The notes below the pieces were generated by a model. That model was given only the letters and a program-made list of their open reading frames with translations, was not told where the DNA came from and did not search any database. From Candidatus Woesearchaeota archaeon (GTDB taxonomy: Archaea > Nanobdellota > Nanobdellia > Pacearchaeales > GW2011-AR1), in the NCBI GenBank assembly GCA_964612895.1, contig CAZTFL010000001.1, positions 177,469 through 241,468 of the forward strand: a stretch of 64,000 nt of DNA, given 5' to 3'. Numbering within the stretch: the stretch's first letter is position 1; each line of letters begins with the position of its first letter. A program made the position numbers and the translations under genes. Shown here piece by piece: positions 61,423 through 64,000 of this stretch.

Positions 61423-63243
61423 TTATTTGTTTTTTATTTTATTATCTTTATTTTTATTATCAATTTTTTTATTATTTTTATTTTTATTATCAATTTCTTT
61501 ATTTGAATTTTCAATTTCTTTATTTTCTTTATTTGAATTTTTAAAATGAACAATAAGTATAATTAATAAAATAATTACTGATAATAATATTATAGTTATC
61601 CATATTAATGGAGCAGCTCCTCCAACAACAGCTCCTAATCCAAGTCCTGCTCTAATCTTATCTAATTCGTCATTTTTTTCTTGATTGTTATTTAATTGAA
61701 TAGATTCAACTAATTTAGGGGATACACATTCTTCAAATTCTATTGGTTTTGCATAATTTGGCATACAAAAATTATTTGGGTAATTACAATCTCTGGTCTT
61801 CTGTCCATTAACACATTCAGACCATTCCGAACAACTCCATGTAGTTACACATACTCCATCATAATTAGATGATTTTGGTTTTGAAGTTTCTAAATATGTT
61901 AAAAACTCTGTGAAATGTTTTGTCCAAATTATTATATCATTACCATCATCAAAGAAACACTCTCCATTGACTGCTAAATTTGAATCTGCCCAATTTTGAG
62001 AATTAACAGAACATAATGTTGATATTTCATTAAAAACACCATCATTTAAAAGGTATGCGACTTTTTTCCCAGATTCACCTGGAAACGTTAATTTAACAGC
62101 TTCTGAAAATAAAAGGCTTCCACCTTCAAACCCAACTTTAATTGCGATACCTTGAGTTCTTGTTTTTCCTTCAATAGAAGGTATACTTACAATTGTAACG
62201 ATTGGTGTAGATATTGTACCATCCCAAGATGTATTAGTACTTTGTATTTTTGTAGCAGGAATATTTACAATAACATTGTTAGCATTGGATGCATTGATTG
62301 ATATACTCGGAATTTCTCCACTACCATTAGAGAGATTTATCAATGAACTTAAATTGATTTTTGCATTAGTGCTATTTGCGGATACATTTATCGTAATTAT
62401 ATCTTCTTTTACTGAATCATCAATTATTATTTCTGGATTATCATCATCAATAATATAATCAACTTCTTCTACTAATTTAACAAATATATTATTACCTTCA
62501 AAAAATACTTTGAAAGACAAGTTATCATAATCAGAATTTTTTATATCTATATTTATTGAATTTTCTTTAAAAATAAATGTAGATGAAAATTCATGAGATT
62601 CAAGATACATATTAACAAAAAATCTATCTTCTAAGAAATCTATATTTATTTTTATATTTCTTTCACAAAAATCTTCGAATCTTACATCAAAATCAAAAGA
62701 TATATTTTCTTCAAAATTTTCTATTTTATCATAAAAATTCGAGGCATCTAATATTTCTATTATATCCTCTTTATTATAACTAACATTTAACCAAGTGCCA
62801 TTAAAATTCACATTTGAAACATTTAAATCTCTAACAATATCAAAAAAAATTGTTTCAGTAAAGAAATTATAAAAATAACTCAAGTTTGAAATATTTTCTT
62901 CATTAAATTTTATATTTTCTATATAATCTGATGGATTTTCAAATATATTATTGTATAAATCTTTAATATTAATTGAAGAAAAATCAATCTCTGATGTTAT
63001 ATTAATTTCTAAATCATCTACATTATACTCAAATTCTTCAACAATTTTTTTTTCTGCATAAGTTATATTTTTTAAAATATCAATAAAGTCATTTGCAACA
63101 TCTCTATTTAATTGATCTTCTATATAATTTTGATATTTTTTTGATAAATCACCACAACTATCTGCACTGGAAAAAGATATGCTTACAACTGAAAAAAACA
63201 ACAAAAACAGAATCACATTAAACTTAAAATTGTTGATCTTCAT
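61423..63243 (-). CDS. Surface protein with acidic N-domain, shared module and TM anchor
   Basis: Signal peptide; identical AKINLSS..PKSSNY module; C..WSCSEWSEC.NG; GLGLGAVVG then TM; N/K-rich tail. Confidence 0.8.
   Translation of the reverse strand: MKINNFKFNVILFLLFFSVVSISFSSADSCGDLSKKYQNYIEDQLNRDVANDFIDILKNITYAEKKIVEEFEYNVDDLEINITSEIDFSSINIKDLYNNIFENPSDYIENIKFNEENISNLSYFYNFFTETIFFDIVRDLNVSNVNFNGTWLNVSYNKEDIIEILDASNFYDKIENFEENISFDFDVRFEDFCERNIKINIDFLEDRFFVNMYLESHEFSSTFIFKENSINIDIKNSDYDNLSFKVFFEGNNIFVKLVEEVDYIIDDDNPEIIIDDSVKEDIITINVSANSTNAKINLSSLINLSNGSGEIPSISINASNANNVIVNIPATKIQSTNTSWDGTISTPIVTIVSIPSIEGKTRTQGIAIKVGFEGGSLLFSEAVKLTFPGESGKKVAYLLNDGVFNEISTLCSVNSQNWADSNLAVNGECFFDDGNDIIIWTKHFTEFLTYLETSKPKSSNYDGVCVTTWSCSEWSECVNGQKTRDCNYPNNFCMPNYAKPIEFEECVSPKLVESIQLNNNQEKNDELDKIRAGLGLGAVVGGAAPLIWITIILLSVIILLIILIVHFKNSNKENKEIENSNKEIDNKNKNNKKIDNKNKDNKIKNK
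61860..62364. repeat. 505-bp direct repeat, copy 2
   Basis: Appears identical to 59358..59862. Confidence 0.95.
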
Positions 63244-63353
63244 ATCCTTTTATTAATATTTTGTTGTTTAAATATCTTTTTGATGTACAATAATAGTACT
63301 TAATGTGATAACATATAAAAATAGATGTTCTATTTTATTTTAGAGAGGTAAAA

Positions 63354-64000
63354 ATGTTAGATATAATAGTTCCAATCATTATTGGTTTAATCATTTTCTT
63401 GTTTGGATTAGAAAGTTTTAGTAATGAAATAAAAAAAATAACAAGTGAAAGGTTTATTAAAATATTAAGAAAGGCTGTAAGCAATCGTTTTACAGCAACA
63501 GGAACTGGATTATTTATTACAGCAATTTTACAATCAAGTACAGCAACAACACTTATTACATTAAGCTTAATAAACGCAGGATTCATTTCTTTTGTACAAA
63601 GTTTGGGAATAATTTTTGGTTCAAGTATTGGTTCTACAATTACTGTACAACTTGTAGCATTAAAATTAACTTTTTTTGCTCCAATATTTATTATAATTGG
63701 ATTTTTACTAACTTTTTTTAAAGGAAAATATAAGTATATTGGAAAAGGTATGTTCTATTTTGGATTAATATTCTTTGGATTAACTTTAGTATCTAATTCT
63801 GTTGAACCTCTAAAAAATGATATGATTATCTTAAACTATTTTTCTCAATTATCTAATATATTTATAGCCATTTTTATTGGATTTTTATTTACAGCAATAA
63901 CTCATTCTAGTGCTCTAACAATCGGAATAGTAATTGTTTTATCTAGTGCTGGAATGATAAATTTGAATCAAGGAATTCCAATATTGCTCGGAGCAAATTT
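63354..64000 (+). CDS. Na+/phosphate cotransporter (NptA/YjbB family), partial; runs off the window and is missing from the ORF track
   Basis: Manual translation MLDIIVPIIIGLIIFLFGLE..TAILQSSTATT..GSSIGSTIT..THSSALT..LLGAN; SD GAGGT upstream. Confidence 0.9.
   Translation, partial: MLDIIVPIIIGLIIFLFGLESFSNEIKKITSERFIKILRKAVSNRFTATGTGLFITAILQSSTATTLITLSLINAGFISFVQSLGIIFGSSIGSTITVQLVALKLTFFAPIFIIIGFLLTFFKGKYKYIGKGMFYFGLIFFGLTLVSNSVEPLKNDMIILNYFSQLSNIFIAIFIGFLFTAITHSSALTIGIVIVLSSAGMINLNQGIPILLGAN

Noticed and set aside
61423..61545. Short tandem repeats (TTATCAATTT-like)
   Set aside because: They encode the low-complexity N/K-rich cytoplasmic tail; they are not a regular array.
59358..62364. 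Diversity-generating retroelement TR/VR pair (also considered for 7572/8849)
   Set aside because: The copies are identical or nearly so without adenine-specific mismatches, both are inside expressed genes, and there is no reverse transcriptase in the window.
3061..63586. Many short antisense or alternate-frame ORFs in the track (e.g. 3061..3321, 9139..9603, 15545..17917 set, 43339..43701, 55264..55593, 63335..63586)
   Set aside because: They lie wholly within well-supported genes and have no motifs; they are shadow ORFs.

Overview
Very AT-rich, gene-dense chromosomal segment of a DPANN archaeon, most likely Pacearchaeota/Woesearchaeota-like. This is inferred from the eL31/eL39/eS19, TFE, Rpp30, TrmY, Elp3 and archaeal PheS genes, the class III signal-peptide pilins, a form II/III RuBisCO and mostly leaderless TATA-driven genes. 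Housekeeping genes include alaS, pheS, class II lysS, cysS, gatC, uvrA/uvrB, a MutS-like ATPase, pyrH, tmk, nadK, ychF and tRNA-Arg(UCG). The notable loci are: (1) a compact fermentation cluster in which 2-oxoacid:ferredoxin oxidoreductase alpha/beta, a phosphoglycerate mutase-like enzyme and a 280-aa H-domain-only [FeFe]-hydrogenase are translationally coupled next to form II/III RuBisCO; (2) an array of related multi-pass membrane proteins (6.7-13.4 kb), two of which share a near-identical 177-bp expression cassette (TATA, 5' hairpin, strong SD, signal peptide) and the same terminator hairpin; (3) a secreted SleB-type peptidoglycan hydrolase in an archaeon; (4) two tandem surface proteins with unrelated N-termini that share an apparently identical 505-bp module ending in a candidate HF/T autoproteolysis motif; (5) pilin-like genes beside a HerA/VirB4-like ATPase; (6) several degenerate enzymes and an unannotated 46-aa small protein with a perfect SD. 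No CRISPR array, rRNA, transposase, integrase or reverse transcriptase was seen. All calls are from motif reading by eye; no database searches were run.
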